A DNA stretch of 24,000 nt from Prochlorococcus sp. AG-418-F16 (GTDB lineage Bacteria; Cyanobacteriota; Cyanobacteriia; PCC-6307; Cyanobiaceae), in contig QCLW01000006.1 of NCBI GenBank assembly GCA_003214235.1, forward strand, positions 1-24,000, in the 5' to 3' direction. Numbering within the stretch: the stretch's first letter is position 1; the number at the start of each line of letters is the position of its first letter. Shown here piece after piece: positions 9,103 through 17,451 of the stretch. The translations under genes were made by a program, and so were the position numbers. Under the pieces are notes generated by a model that did not search any database, was not told the DNA's origin, and worked only from the letters and a program-made list of their open reading frames with translations.

Positions 9103-11274
9103 ATGACTTTTAATCATCTAGTACTAATTGGAGGAGGGCACACAAATGTTCTTTTAATTAAGAAATGGTTAATGAGTCCAAAATTAATGCCAGATATTCC
9201 TGTTTCAATTATATCTCGAGATTCTCATTTGGTTTATTCGGCGATGTTCCCTTCTGTGATTTCAAAATCAATTTCTTTAGAAGAAAGTTTAATTGATATA
9301 AAATCTTTAGCAAAAAATGCAAAATTATCTTTTATAGAGGAAGAAGTAAAGGATATTGATTTCAATTTAAAGAAAATTGTGTTAGGTAATCGACCCCCAG
9401 TGAATTATTCAAAGTTGGTTCTGAATTATGGAAGTCAAACAAGAATACCAAGACAATTTGAAACCCTAGTAAAAAATCGAAATGCTTTCCCAATTAAACC
9501 TTTTTTGAGAGCTTATGACTTGATACAAAAGGAAGATATTTTTGATTCAGTTAAAGAACTTCCTTTCGTAATTGTTGGTAGCGGTCTTGCTGCAATTGAA
9601 GTCTCATATGCTTTGAGAAAAAGATGGAGAGGTAGAAGATTAAAACTATTCTGTGATAAACAAAAAATCCATAATAAGATTCTAAAAAGTTTACGAGATT
9701 TAAATATTGAATTCGTTGAAAATCTTAATTTTGATTATGGCAAGATTCTCTTATGTACTGGAAATAAATCTCCATTATGGTTACAAAAAAAATTATTAGA
9801 TTCGGATTCAAATGGCAGACTTTTCACAAATCAGAATTTAAAGTTGAAAAGTTTCACCGGAATCTTTGCAGTAGGTGATTGCGCAGTTATAGATTCTTCA
9901 AAAAGACCTGCATCGGGAGTTTTTGCTGTAAAAGTTGTAAATACATTAGTCCATAATCTCAAAAAAGATATAGAGGGCAGATCTTTAAAAAAGTGGTTGC
10001 CTCAAAGGTTCGGATTGCAAATAGTTAATGTATTCCCAACCCATTTCCCAAAGGCCTTTGCTATTTATCGAAATTTTGTTTTTGGCCCTTCTTTTTTTAT
10101 TTGGCTTTTAAAGCATAAAATTGATCTGAACTTTATTAAAAAGTTCCGCCTAAAAAGGCTAATTATGCTTAAAAGTGGAACAAATATTTCATTGAATGAT
10201 TGCAGGGGATGTGCAGCGAAAATCCCTCAGGTTGATTTAAATAATGCATTAATAAATTCAAATTTAGATAGTTTTGCTTCCTCCCCTGAGGATTCAGCTG
10301 AGATCTATAAAAATTCTCAGGATATCATCTTACAAAGTGTAGATGGATTTCCTGCTTTGGTAAGTGATCCTTGGGTTAATGCAAAAATTACTACTTTGCA
10401 TGCTTGCTCAGATTTATGGGCCTGTGGTGCAAAACTTTCATCCGCTCAGGCTCTAATATCTTTACCAAACGTTGAGAGGGAATCTCAGAGTTACCTCTTT
10501 TCTCAATGCCTTCAAGGGATTAAATCAACAGTTGAGGATCAAGGAGGTGAATTAATTGGAGGCCATACTTTCGAAGCAAGAAGTTTAGTACATAAACCTC
10601 ATTCATTAGGAATAGATATTTCTTTAACTGTCCAAGGAATCTTGAAAAATGGCGCAAAACCATGGCTAAAATCTGGAATGAATGATGGAGATGTTCTTAT
10701 GATGTCTAGACCACTAGGGGTTGGGATTTACTTTGCTGGTCAAATGCAAAATATTAATATGCTAGGTAGTTCTTCTGAAATAATGAAAAATTTAGTTAAG
10801 AGTCAGCAATATTTGATTAATGAAATTTATTTATTTCAAGATCAATTTAAAGAATCATTAGTCAATGCTGCTACTGATATTACTGGATACGGATTTATTG
10901 GACATCTTAAAGAGATGGTTGAATCATCTAATTTATTTAGGGAAAGAAATAATCTAGAGCCCGTAAAAGTTTTATTAGATTTATTTGCATTTAAAGCTTA
11001 TCCTGGAGTATTTGATTTAATAAGAAAAGATATTAAAAGTACTTTTTTTGAATCTAATAAAGAAATTCTTGACAAAATTTATAAAATAAATAAGCAAAAA
11101 AGGATAATTAATTTTTTAAACGAAAATTCATTAGATGAGAAGACCTTTAGCGAGAGAATATCATTACTATTAGATCCACAAACATGTGGACCCTTATTAA
11201 TTAGTTGCAATTCTAAATATGAAAATATTTTAAAAGATAATTGGTACAAGGTTGGAAAAGTCGTAAAAATGTAA
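9103..11274 (+). CDS. selD: Fusion protein: NDH-2/pyridine-nucleotide-disulfide-oxidoreductase-like flavoprotein domain plus selenide,water dikinase (SelD)
   Basis: N-terminal half: LVLIGGGHTN, FVIVGSGLAAIEVSYAL and IFAVGDCA (two Rossmann fingerprints plus a GD motif). C-terminal half matches E. coli SelD by eye: CRGCAAKIP (Cys codon 10210-10212, Lys codon 10219-10221), SVDGFPALVSDP, GGHTFEA, TDITGYGFIGHL and LLDPQTCGPLLI. Uninterrupted 723 codons, with TAA directly upstream of the ATG. Confidence 0.88.
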   Translation: MTFNHLVLIGGGHTNVLLIKKWLMSPKLMPDIPVSIISRDSHLVYSAMFPSVISKSISLEESLIDIKSLAKNAKLSFIEEEVKDIDFNLKKIVLGNRPPVNYSKLVLNYGSQTRIPRQFETLVKNRNAFPIKPFLRAYDLIQKEDIFDSVKELPFVIVGSGLAAIEVSYALRKRWRGRRLKLFCDKQKIHNKILKSLRDLNIEFVENLNFDYGKILLCTGNKSPLWLQKKLLDSDSNGRLFTNQNLKLKSFTGIFAVGDCAVIDSSKRPASGVFAVKVVNTLVHNLKKDIEGRSLKKWLPQRFGLQIVNVFPTHFPKAFAIYRNFVFGPSFFIWLLKHKIDLNFIKKFRLKRLIMLKSGTNISLNDCRGCAAKIPQVDLNNALINSNLDSFASSPEDSAEIYKNSQDIILQSVDGFPALVSDPWVNAKITTLHACSDLWACGAKLSSAQALISLPNVERESQSYLFSQCLQGIKSTVEDQGGELIGGHTFEARSLVHKPHSLGIDISLTVQGILKNGAKPWLKSGMNDGDVLMMSRPLGVGIYFAGQMQNINMLGSSSEIMKNLVKSQQYLINEIYLFQDQFKESLVNAATDITGYGFIGHLKEMVESSNLFRERNNLEPVKVLLDLFAFKAYPGVFDLIRKDIKSTFFESNKEILDKIYKINKQKRIINFLNENSLDEKTFSERISLLLDPQTCGPLLISCNSKYENILKDNWYKVGKVVKM

Positions 11275-12522
11275 TCAATTCCTATTCAATTTGTCAATTT
11301 CAAAATATCTTAATCGTTTGATTTCCTTTCCCATTTCTTTCCCTGGTTCCCATCCTTCTTTTTTTAAGGTTTCTCCATTTTTTTTAGATTTAATGTATTT
11401 ATAAATAAATAACCACTTAAACAAATTTCTCCAGAATAAACACCCATCACAAATTAATAATTTGACTGTTTCTTCATTAAGGTTTCTCTTCTCAATAAAT
11501 TCTGTCCAACTTGATGGCGAATAATTCTTATATATATTCTGCTTGGTTTGTAATATCTTTTTAATATTTGAAAAATCTTCTAATGTTTTCTTTTCACTAT
11601 TATTTATCAAAAATCTTTGGCATGCTTTGTCTAAATCTTTTGCATCTTTTAACAAGAAAAGTATATAATTTCCATTCAACTTCTTAATCCAATTAAGTCC
11701 CCTCAAAAACTTTTTATCGACTTGAATATTTTCATTCAAAATTGAGATAATTCCCCATTTATGAATTATCGAAACTACATTATTTAAGTTATCAAATTTG
11801 GATATTTCAGCTAGTTCCATCCTTATTCTTATTCCGATTGCTGGTGGGAAAATCATTCTCTCATCAGTTCCTAAAAATCCCCAGGGCCATTGTCTAACTG
11901 TTTCTTGGGATTGTTTGAGAGAATGATTTGAAATATTGAATCCTAACCTTGAAGCATATTTTGCACATCTAATTATTCTACTTGGATCATCTGAAATACT
12001 ATTTATATGAAGCAAGTTCAATTTTTTGCTCTTAATATCAGAAATTCCTCCATAAAGATCATAGATTTTTCTTTTCGAAACCTCGAAGGCTATTGTATTT
12101 ATAGTGAAATCTCTTCTCTTAAGATCCTCTTCAATAGTAGTGTTGGTTACAGTTGGATTTAACCCGGGAGCAGAATAAATTTCTTTTCTCGCAGATGCAA
12201 TATCAATTTTATAGTCATTAATATTTATTTCTACAGTATTGTATAAATTAAATTCCTTGATTAAACAAACCTCAACATCTACAATATTTTTTTTTATGAA
12301 TTTTGCAAGAGAAATAGAGGAACCTTCAATAACTATGTCTATATCTATAGGTTCAGAGAAAGAGTTTTTGTGAAATTTTTTAATTAATAAATCCCTTAAA
12401 AAACCTCCAACAAAAGCTACTTTAGTATTATTTTCAGATTCTATGTATTTAGTAATTAGGTTATATAGATTAAATGGAATTTTGATTAATTCCGAGTAGA
12501 TATATTCAGAAATATCATTCAT
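11275..12522 (-). CDS. tRNA nucleotidyltransferase (CCA-adding) / poly(A) polymerase family protein
   Basis: Head-domain motifs VGGFLRDLL and DIDIV, then RRDFTINTIA and DPSRIIRCAKYASRLGF. CCA-adding and poly(A) polymerase activity cannot be told apart by eye. Confidence 0.8.
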   Translation of the reverse strand: MNDISEYIYSELIKIPFNLYNLITKYIESENNTKVAFVGGFLRDLLIKKFHKNSFSEPIDIDIVIEGSSISLAKFIKKNIVDVEVCLIKEFNLYNTVEININDYKIDIASARKEIYSAPGLNPTVTNTTIEEDLKRRDFTINTIAFEVSKRKIYDLYGGISDIKSKKLNLLHINSISDDPSRIIRCAKYASRLGFNISNHSLKQSQETVRQWPWGFLGTDERMIFPPAIGIRIRMELAEISKFDNLNNVVSIIHKWGIISILNENIQVDKKFLRGLNWIKKLNGNYILFLLKDAKDLDKACQRFLINNSEKKTLEDFSNIKKILQTKQNIYKNYSPSSWTEFIEKRNLNEETVKLLICDGCLFWRNLFKWLFIYKYIKSKKNGETLKKEGWEPGKEMGKEIKRLRYFEIDKLNRN

Positions 12523-12527
12523 GGGTT

Positions 12528-14936
12528 TTAATTGATATATCGAATTGGAGCTAATCTAGGATCTAGAATTTTACTTCCTTTATCACCAAATTTTACTGCT
12601 AAAGATATTTTCTCACCGCTCCCAAAAATATGTATAATTTCGCCCTTTCCAAATTTTGAATGAATTAGCTTATCTCCAACTATCCAGCTTTTTCCTTTGC
12701 TAGGCCCTGAATATAGTTTCCTTACTGCATTTATTGGTTTATTAACAAATTCATTTGGATTGTTTCGATCAACTCTTGTTAAACGATCAAGATGCCAATC
12801 TCTTCTAATTGAAGCACCACCAGTTTGGGGTAACTCGCCATCCATTAAATCCTCTGGTATTTCAGACAGGAAAATTGAAGGAATTGTTGCCTCACGCATT
12901 CCTCCCCATAATCTTCTTTCTCTGGCATGACTTAAGAAAACTCTTTCTTTAGCTCTAGTTATACCTACGTAGCATAATCTTCTTTCCTCTTCGAGAAGAG
13001 AGGGAGTATCTATTGATCGATGGCTAGGAAATAGACCTTGTTCTAGTCCAGTTATAAAGACATTTTGAAATTCTAAACCTTTACTATTGTGCAGAGTCAT
13101 AAGGGTTACAGAGTTGGGATTGTTTTTCTTAGTATCATTATCAGTTGTTAAGGCGGCTGTAGAGAGAAAACCCTCTACATCTCCATTTTCTGTCTCTTCT
13201 TCATATTGGGTAGCTGCATTAATTAGTTCTTGTAAGTTATTTCTTCTATCTTCCGATTCTTCTGTCCCACTAGCTAATAAATCACTTAAATAACCACTTT
13301 TTTCTAAGATTAGTTGTAGAAGTTGAGCGGGTCCTGAATTTTCTAGATAACAAAGTAGATCATTCATAACTTCAGTAAATTTATTAATTCCTTTTGATGA
13401 TCTGCCTATTGTTTCTTCAAGAGTTTGCTTATCGTTAATTACCTCCCATAATGGAATATTTAACCTGTTAGATATTTCATTTAGCTTTTGAATGGTAGTC
13501 TTACCAATTCCTCTTCTTGGAACATTTATTATACGTAAAAGACTTACGTTATCTGCAGAATTAGCAAGCACTTTCAAATATGCTATGGCATCTTTAATTT
13601 CTCTTCTGTCATAAAAACGCAATCCTCCGAAAATTGTATAAGGGATGCGCCACCTCACCAGAGATTCTTCTATTACTCTTGACTGAGCTCTTGTTCGATA
13701 TAAGATCGCAAAATTTTTCCAAATTGGTTTTTGATTATAATTATTGAGTGATTTTATTTTATTTGTAATTGCCTCTGCCTCAGAAATTTCATCATCACAG
13801 CTTAGTAACTTTAAAAGCTCTCCTTGTTCTTTGGTGGCCCTTAAAACTTTGTCAATTCTTTCAGAGTTGTTTTCAATTAGTGAGTTTGCAGCATCAAGAA
13901 TATTAGAAGATGACCTATAATTCTCTTCTAATTTAATTAAAGATGATTTTGTATTATCGTTAAACGAATATTTAAAATCTTCTTGAAAACCAATCAAAAT
14001 TCTGAAGTCAGCCGCTCTGAAACTATAAATACTTTGATCAGCATCCCCTACTACAAAAATTGATCTATCTTCCCAATTAAAGAATTTTTTTGGTTCAGTA
14101 TTTCCCGCAGTAATTAATTTTATAAGTTCATATTGTGTCCTATTCGTATCTTGATATTCATCAACTAGGATATGCTGAAATCTTTTGTGCCAGTAATCCC
14201 TTACCATATTATTTTGCCTTAATAAGAAAACAGGCAAGAGTAGAAGATCATCAAAATCTAAAGAATTATTTTTTGAAAGTGAGATCCTATATCTCTTGTA
14301 AGCTTCTGCAACTATTTTATCAAAATTATTATCTGCTTTTTCTAAAAGATCATTCGAAGTTAAGCATTGATTTTTAGCATTACTTATTAATCTTTTAATC
14401 TTTTTGGGATCAAATCTTTTGGGATCAAGATTCATATCTTGACTGATAATTTCTTTTACTAATGTTTGAGAATCTGTTTCATCGTAAATTGAAAATTGCC
14501 TTGTCCATTTTAATCCTTCTGGATCATTATATTTTTCAATATCGTATCTGAGAAGTCTTGAAAATAATGAATGAAAAGTGCCCATCCAAAGGTTCTGAAG
14601 CCTCTCTTGGTGAACATTTGTTCTTAATTGATTTTGATCAATTTCTTTGAGAGTTGACCAAGGCTGACCAAATTGATTAAAAGCTAATTCTTGTGCCAAA
14701 AGAACTTCTAATCTTGCTTTCATTTCTTTAGCGGCTTTGTTAGTAAAAGTGACTGCAAGAATATTATGGGGATCTATAGAATTATTTTCAATAAGATTTG
14801 CAATTCTATGGGTAAGAGCTTTAGTTTTTCCGCTACCTGCACCCGCTATAACCAATAGTGGCCCATAAACATGTTTTACTGCTTGAAGTTGCTCATTGTT
14901 TAAAGACTTAAAAAGAGAGTTGTTAGTTTGAGGCAC
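12528..14936 (-). CDS. uvrD: ATP-dependent DNA helicase, UvrD/PcrA/Rep superfamily 1
   Basis: Walker A AGAGSGKT, motif II VDEYQDTN, FVVGDADQSIYSFRAA, TLHNSKGLEF and YVGITRAKE. C-terminal Tudor-like tail (GDKLIHSKFGKGEI). Confidence 0.92.
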   Translation of the reverse strand: MPQTNNSLFKSLNNEQLQAVKHVYGPLLVIAGAGSGKTKALTHRIANLIENNSIDPHNILAVTFTNKAAKEMKARLEVLLAQELAFNQFGQPWSTLKEIDQNQLRTNVHQERLQNLWMGTFHSLFSRLLRYDIEKYNDPEGLKWTRQFSIYDETDSQTLVKEIISQDMNLDPKRFDPKKIKRLISNAKNQCLTSNDLLEKADNNFDKIVAEAYKRYRISLSKNNSLDFDDLLLLPVFLLRQNNMVRDYWHKRFQHILVDEYQDTNRTQYELIKLITAGNTEPKKFFNWEDRSIFVVGDADQSIYSFRAADFRILIGFQEDFKYSFNDNTKSSLIKLEENYRSSSNILDAANSLIENNSERIDKVLRATKEQGELLKLLSCDDEISEAEAITNKIKSLNNYNQKPIWKNFAILYRTRAQSRVIEESLVRWRIPYTIFGGLRFYDRREIKDAIAYLKVLANSADNVSLLRIINVPRRGIGKTTIQKLNEISNRLNIPLWEVINDKQTLEETIGRSSKGINKFTEVMNDLLCYLENSGPAQLLQLILEKSGYLSDLLASGTEESEDRRNNLQELINAATQYEEETENGDVEGFLSTAALTTDNDTKKNNPNSVTLMTLHNSKGLEFQNVFITGLEQGLFPSHRSIDTPSLLEEERRLCYVGITRAKERVFLSHARERRLWGGMREATIPSIFLSEIPEDLMDGELPQTGGASIRRDWHLDRLTRVDRNNPNEFVNKPINAVRKLYSGPSKGKSWIVGDKLIHSKFGKGEIIHIFGSGEKISLAVKFGDKGSKILDPRLAPIRYIN

Positions 14937-14958
14937 TGTTGGAAGGTAGTTTCAAAAA

Positions 14959-15165
14959 TCAGACTTTACTTTGGGATTCAGATTCTTTCTCTAACTGTTC
15001 TAAAGCTTTTTTTAAATTAATAAGTTCATTATTGTTATTAATTATTTCTTCAAATTTATTTTGAGGTATTCTTAATTTCATACTTCTATCAAGAATTTCT
15101 TTTTCTAATCTCTTTTTGTAAGAGGAAATAAGTTCTTTTGATAATTTTAAATCTTGCTGATCCAA
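14959..15165 (-). CDS. Small hypothetical coiled-coil protein (68 aa)
   Basis: ORF ending 22 nt upstream of the uvrD start on the same strand. The sequence is highly charged with heptad-like spacing (KELISSYKKRLEKEIL, LINLKKALEQLEKE). I recognise no family, so coding status rests only on ORF length and position. Confidence 0.45.
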   Translation of the reverse strand: MDQQDLKLSKELISSYKKRLEKEILDRSMKLRIPQNKFEEIINNNNELINLKKALEQLEKESESQSKV

Positions 15166-15280
15166 AACTTTATTAAAAATGTAGCTCTATCTTAGCGGAA
15201 AATTTTTTTTTATTTAAATTATTTCGACTATCACTTTGGAATGAAGTTATTAATTAAAAAGCGTTGCGTTAATTTTTAAA

Positions 15281-15309
15281 TTGTATTGTTTTTACTCGCT
15301 TTGTACTAT
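15281..15309 (+). promoter_or_regulatory. Candidate sigma70-type promoter for cpeB
   Basis: TTGTAT (15281-15286), a 17-nt spacer, then TACTAT (15304-15309), about 28 nt upstream of the homology-supported cpeB ATG. Such hexamers are common in AT-rich DNA, so this is tentative. Confidence 0.3.
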
Positions 15310-15336
15310 TCTAAAATGCGAACTTTAATTTTAGGA

Positions 15337-15852
15337 ATGTTAGTTTCAAAGAATAATGATCAACTATTGTCCGCTGATAAGAAATTAAATGATTTAAGCA
15401 ATATAAAAGAATTTATAAATAGTGCAAACTCAAGATTAGATTCAATAACTTCCATAACCAAAAACTCACATGCAATTGCAGCAGATGCTGTAACAGCAAT
15501 GATTTGTGAAAATCAAGATTCAGTTAATTCAAAAATATCTTTAGATACAACTAACAAGATGTCCGTTTGTTTAAGAGATGGAGAAATAATTCTGAGGATT
15601 GTTGCTTATCTTTTAATTTCTAATGACGAATCAGTTTTAGAAAAAAGTTGTTTAAAGGATCTTAAAAATACTTATCTTGCTCTAGGGGTGCCTTTAAGAA
15701 ATGCAAAAAGGGTTATTGAATTAATGCGAGATGCAACCATCTCTGATTTAAGATCTACAGTAAATAATTTACAAGTAGAGAAAGGCTTTCTTGCTGATTT
15801 AATTTATGAAACAGAGTTTCAATTTGAAAGGATAATTAATCTTTTAAATTAG
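15337..15852 (+). CDS. cpeB: Degenerate phycoerythrin beta subunit (CpeB, high-light Prochlorococcus type)
   Basis: Globin-like phycobiliprotein sequence: ML.. start, [13 protein letters not shown] and [17 protein letters not shown] (the Cys82-type bilin site, codon 15568-15570). The ATG at 15337 aligns with the canonical CpeB N-terminus (MLDAF...). The ORF-track start at 15286 is a TTG giving a non-homologous extension. Confidence 0.85.
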   Translation: MLVSKNNDQLLSADKKLNDLSNIKEFINSANSRLDSITSITKNSHAIAADAVTAMICENQDSVNSKISLDTTNKMSVCLRDGEIILRIVAYLLISNDESVLEKSCLKDLKNTYLALGVPLRNAKRVIELMRDATISDLRSTVNNLQVEKGFLADLIYETEFQFERIINLLN

Positions 15853-16387
15853 CTATATTTCTTATCTCTGAAGTATGAGAAGTCTGAATTACTGAATTAT
15901 TTTCTTGATTTCTAATAATAGAAAATCTGGATCTAATGTGAGTCGATAAAAAGCAAATTCTCTCTTCGGAAACTGTTGATTGGTAAATAGTTTTAAGGTG
16001 TAAATTATTTTGTTCATCAAAAAAATAATTTGAAGATGAAATAACGGATTCAGTATAACCTTTATTTCGGAGGACAATTCCTGAATTTTCATCTTTGGGT
16101 AAAAATATCAAAATATTTTCATCTTCCTGATTTATATTATCTTCTTCCCAATCACTAATAGCTTGCCACCTTATAGAAATGGCCATGGTATCAAGGTTCA
16201 AACTTAAATTATATTTATCTAAAATTTCAAGTGCTTTTTTATTTTTTAAGTTGATATGATTTATGTAAATTTTACTTGTTGAGTTTTCAAATTCCTGAAA
16301 AGCTAAAGTGTGAGTACTTCTTATAGATTTCCACTCTCCTATACTTTGATCAATAAATTGATTAATTGTTGTTAGATTCTTCGTCAA
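15836..16387 (-). CDS. cpeS: Phycobilin lyase, CpcS/CpeS family
   Basis: The N-terminus [20 protein letters not shown] matches the S-type lyase signature (G.W.S.RS.H). The size (183 aa) fits the lipocalin-like family. It is convergent with cpeB. Confidence 0.85.
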   Translation of the reverse strand: MTKNLTTINQFIDQSIGEWKSIRSTHTLAFQEFENSTSKIYINHINLKNKKALEILDKYNLSLNLDTMAISIRWQAISDWEEDNINQEDENILIFLPKDENSGIVLRNKGYTESVISSSNYFFDEQNNLHLKTIYQSTVSEERICFLSTHIRSRFSIIRNQENNSVIQTSHTSEIRNIANLKD

Positions 16388-16541
16388 GTTTATCTTCTAC
16401 TGAATGATTTTCTGCTTTTTGAATCATTCTTACCATTGAATCCACCATTAATCTCTTTGCAGAAGTTACTTTTAATCCAGAAGGAGTAGTCGATATTTGT
16501 TCTCCAGGGCGATCGTATGAAGTTGGTCTAAATGTAGTCAT
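16362..16541 (-). CDS. Unlisted small ORF (59 aa), hypothetical protein, overlapping the cpeS start
   Basis: Manual translation of the minus strand gives [59 protein letters not shown], with stop TAA at 16364-16362. It overlaps the cpeS ATG (16387) by 26 nt in another frame. The local sequence is visibly less AT-rich than the true spacer at 16542-16656. Confidence 0.5.
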   Translation of the reverse strand: MTTFRPTSYDRPGEQISTTPSGLKVTSAKRLMVDSMVRMIQKAENHSVEDKLDEESNNN

Positions 16542-16656
16542 CTAATAACTTTATAAAATTAATAGATTTATATTCTTGCATGTATTCTTATATTTATAGT
16601 TGTTGTTTGCAAAAATGTCATATCTTTCTTTTCTAATTACGGAATTATTAATTATG

Positions 16657-17292
16657 TTATTTAGGAATTTTATTTTTTGCTAATCCTGAAATAGTAGCTA
16701 GTGCAAACATTCCCAAAAGAGCTATTCCTAGAAATAACCCTGCTCCTTTACTGACCCCAGCTCCTACTGCTACAAGAATAGAATCACTGATTAGAAGGCT
16801 TATTAATAAAGCTGGAGTGAATATTTTCCAGCGAGTTCCTCCAATACCAATTGCGTAACTTAGAAAATCAAAAAGTCCAGTCATTAGGAGACCTGTCATC
16901 AGAAAGAAATTTTCTTCTAGTTGGTTTTGATTAAAACTCTCAATCTTTTTCATTGCTTTTGGACCTACTAAATTACGTACAGGATCTCTACCATGATTTC
17001 TTGCAATAAAGAAAGCAGCTTGGCAAAAAACGATATCAGAAAAGACAATTGTTATGTAACCTTTTTGAAATCCTAGTAATGAACCAGCTAGAAGAGAATA
17101 AGCTGAACTTGGAAGAGCGGGCAAAATTATGCTTACTCCTCTAAGTATGAAAATTCCAAAAGGAGCCCAAATTCCCATACTTTCTATTTTGTTCCTAAGA
17201 GGTTCAATACCATAAGTTTGTATGAAATAAATCAATAAAACTAATACAGCTATAAAAAAAACTACTGAGAGAAATTTTTGTATTTTATTCAT
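16657..17292 (-). CDS. TVP38/TMEM64 (DedA-related) family integral membrane protein
   Basis: 211 aa with five or six hydrophobic helices. Features typical of the family: PFGIFILRGVSIILPALPSSAYSLLAGSLLG and FIARNHGRDPV. Confidence 0.75.
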   Translation of the reverse strand: MNKIQKFLSVVFFIAVLVLLIYFIQTYGIEPLRNKIESMGIWAPFGIFILRGVSIILPALPSSAYSLLAGSLLGFQKGYITIVFSDIVFCQAAFFIARNHGRDPVRNLVGPKAMKKIESFNQNQLEENFFLMTGLLMTGLFDFLSYAIGIGGTRWKIFTPALLISLLISDSILVAVGAGVSKGAGLFLGIALLGMFALATISGLAKNKIPK

Positions 17293-17451
17293 TATCTGCC
17301 TAATAAATTTATTGGGAGTAGATTTGGAATTTAATATTTGATTGTATCTATAATAGAAATACTAATCAATAAAAATTTTTACAAATTTTTAATCTTATAT
17401 TTACTCTCAGCAAAACAATTTTGTATTGCAAAACTAGTTCTGGTTGTTTCT

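Noticed and set aside
10201-10221. Possible selenocysteine (TGA) recoding at the SelD active site.
   Set aside because: The active-site residues are ordinary TGC/TGT Cys codons, and there is no in-frame TGA anywhere in the 723-codon ORF.
15241-15279. 12-codon mini-ORF (MKLLIKKRCVNF) in the uvrD-side/cpeB spacer.
   Set aside because: It is too short and AT-driven to support, with no coupling geometry or ribosome-binding signal.
15286-15336. Upstream TTG (15286) or ATG (15316) starts for cpeB.
   Set aside because: The canonical CpeB N-terminus (ML...) aligns with the ATG at 15337. The extension (MFLLALYYSKMRTLILG) has no counterpart in phycobiliproteins and overlaps the candidate promoter.
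15889-16092. 67-aa same-strand alternative-frame ORF inside cpeS.
   Set aside because: It is fully nested in cpeS in another frame, has no recognisable motif, and the cpeS frame carries the family signature.
17338-17451. Listed start at 17338 for the 173-aa ORF.
   Set aside because: The first 38 codons are AT-rich spacer-like sequence. Starting at ATG 17452 yields a textbook signal peptide.
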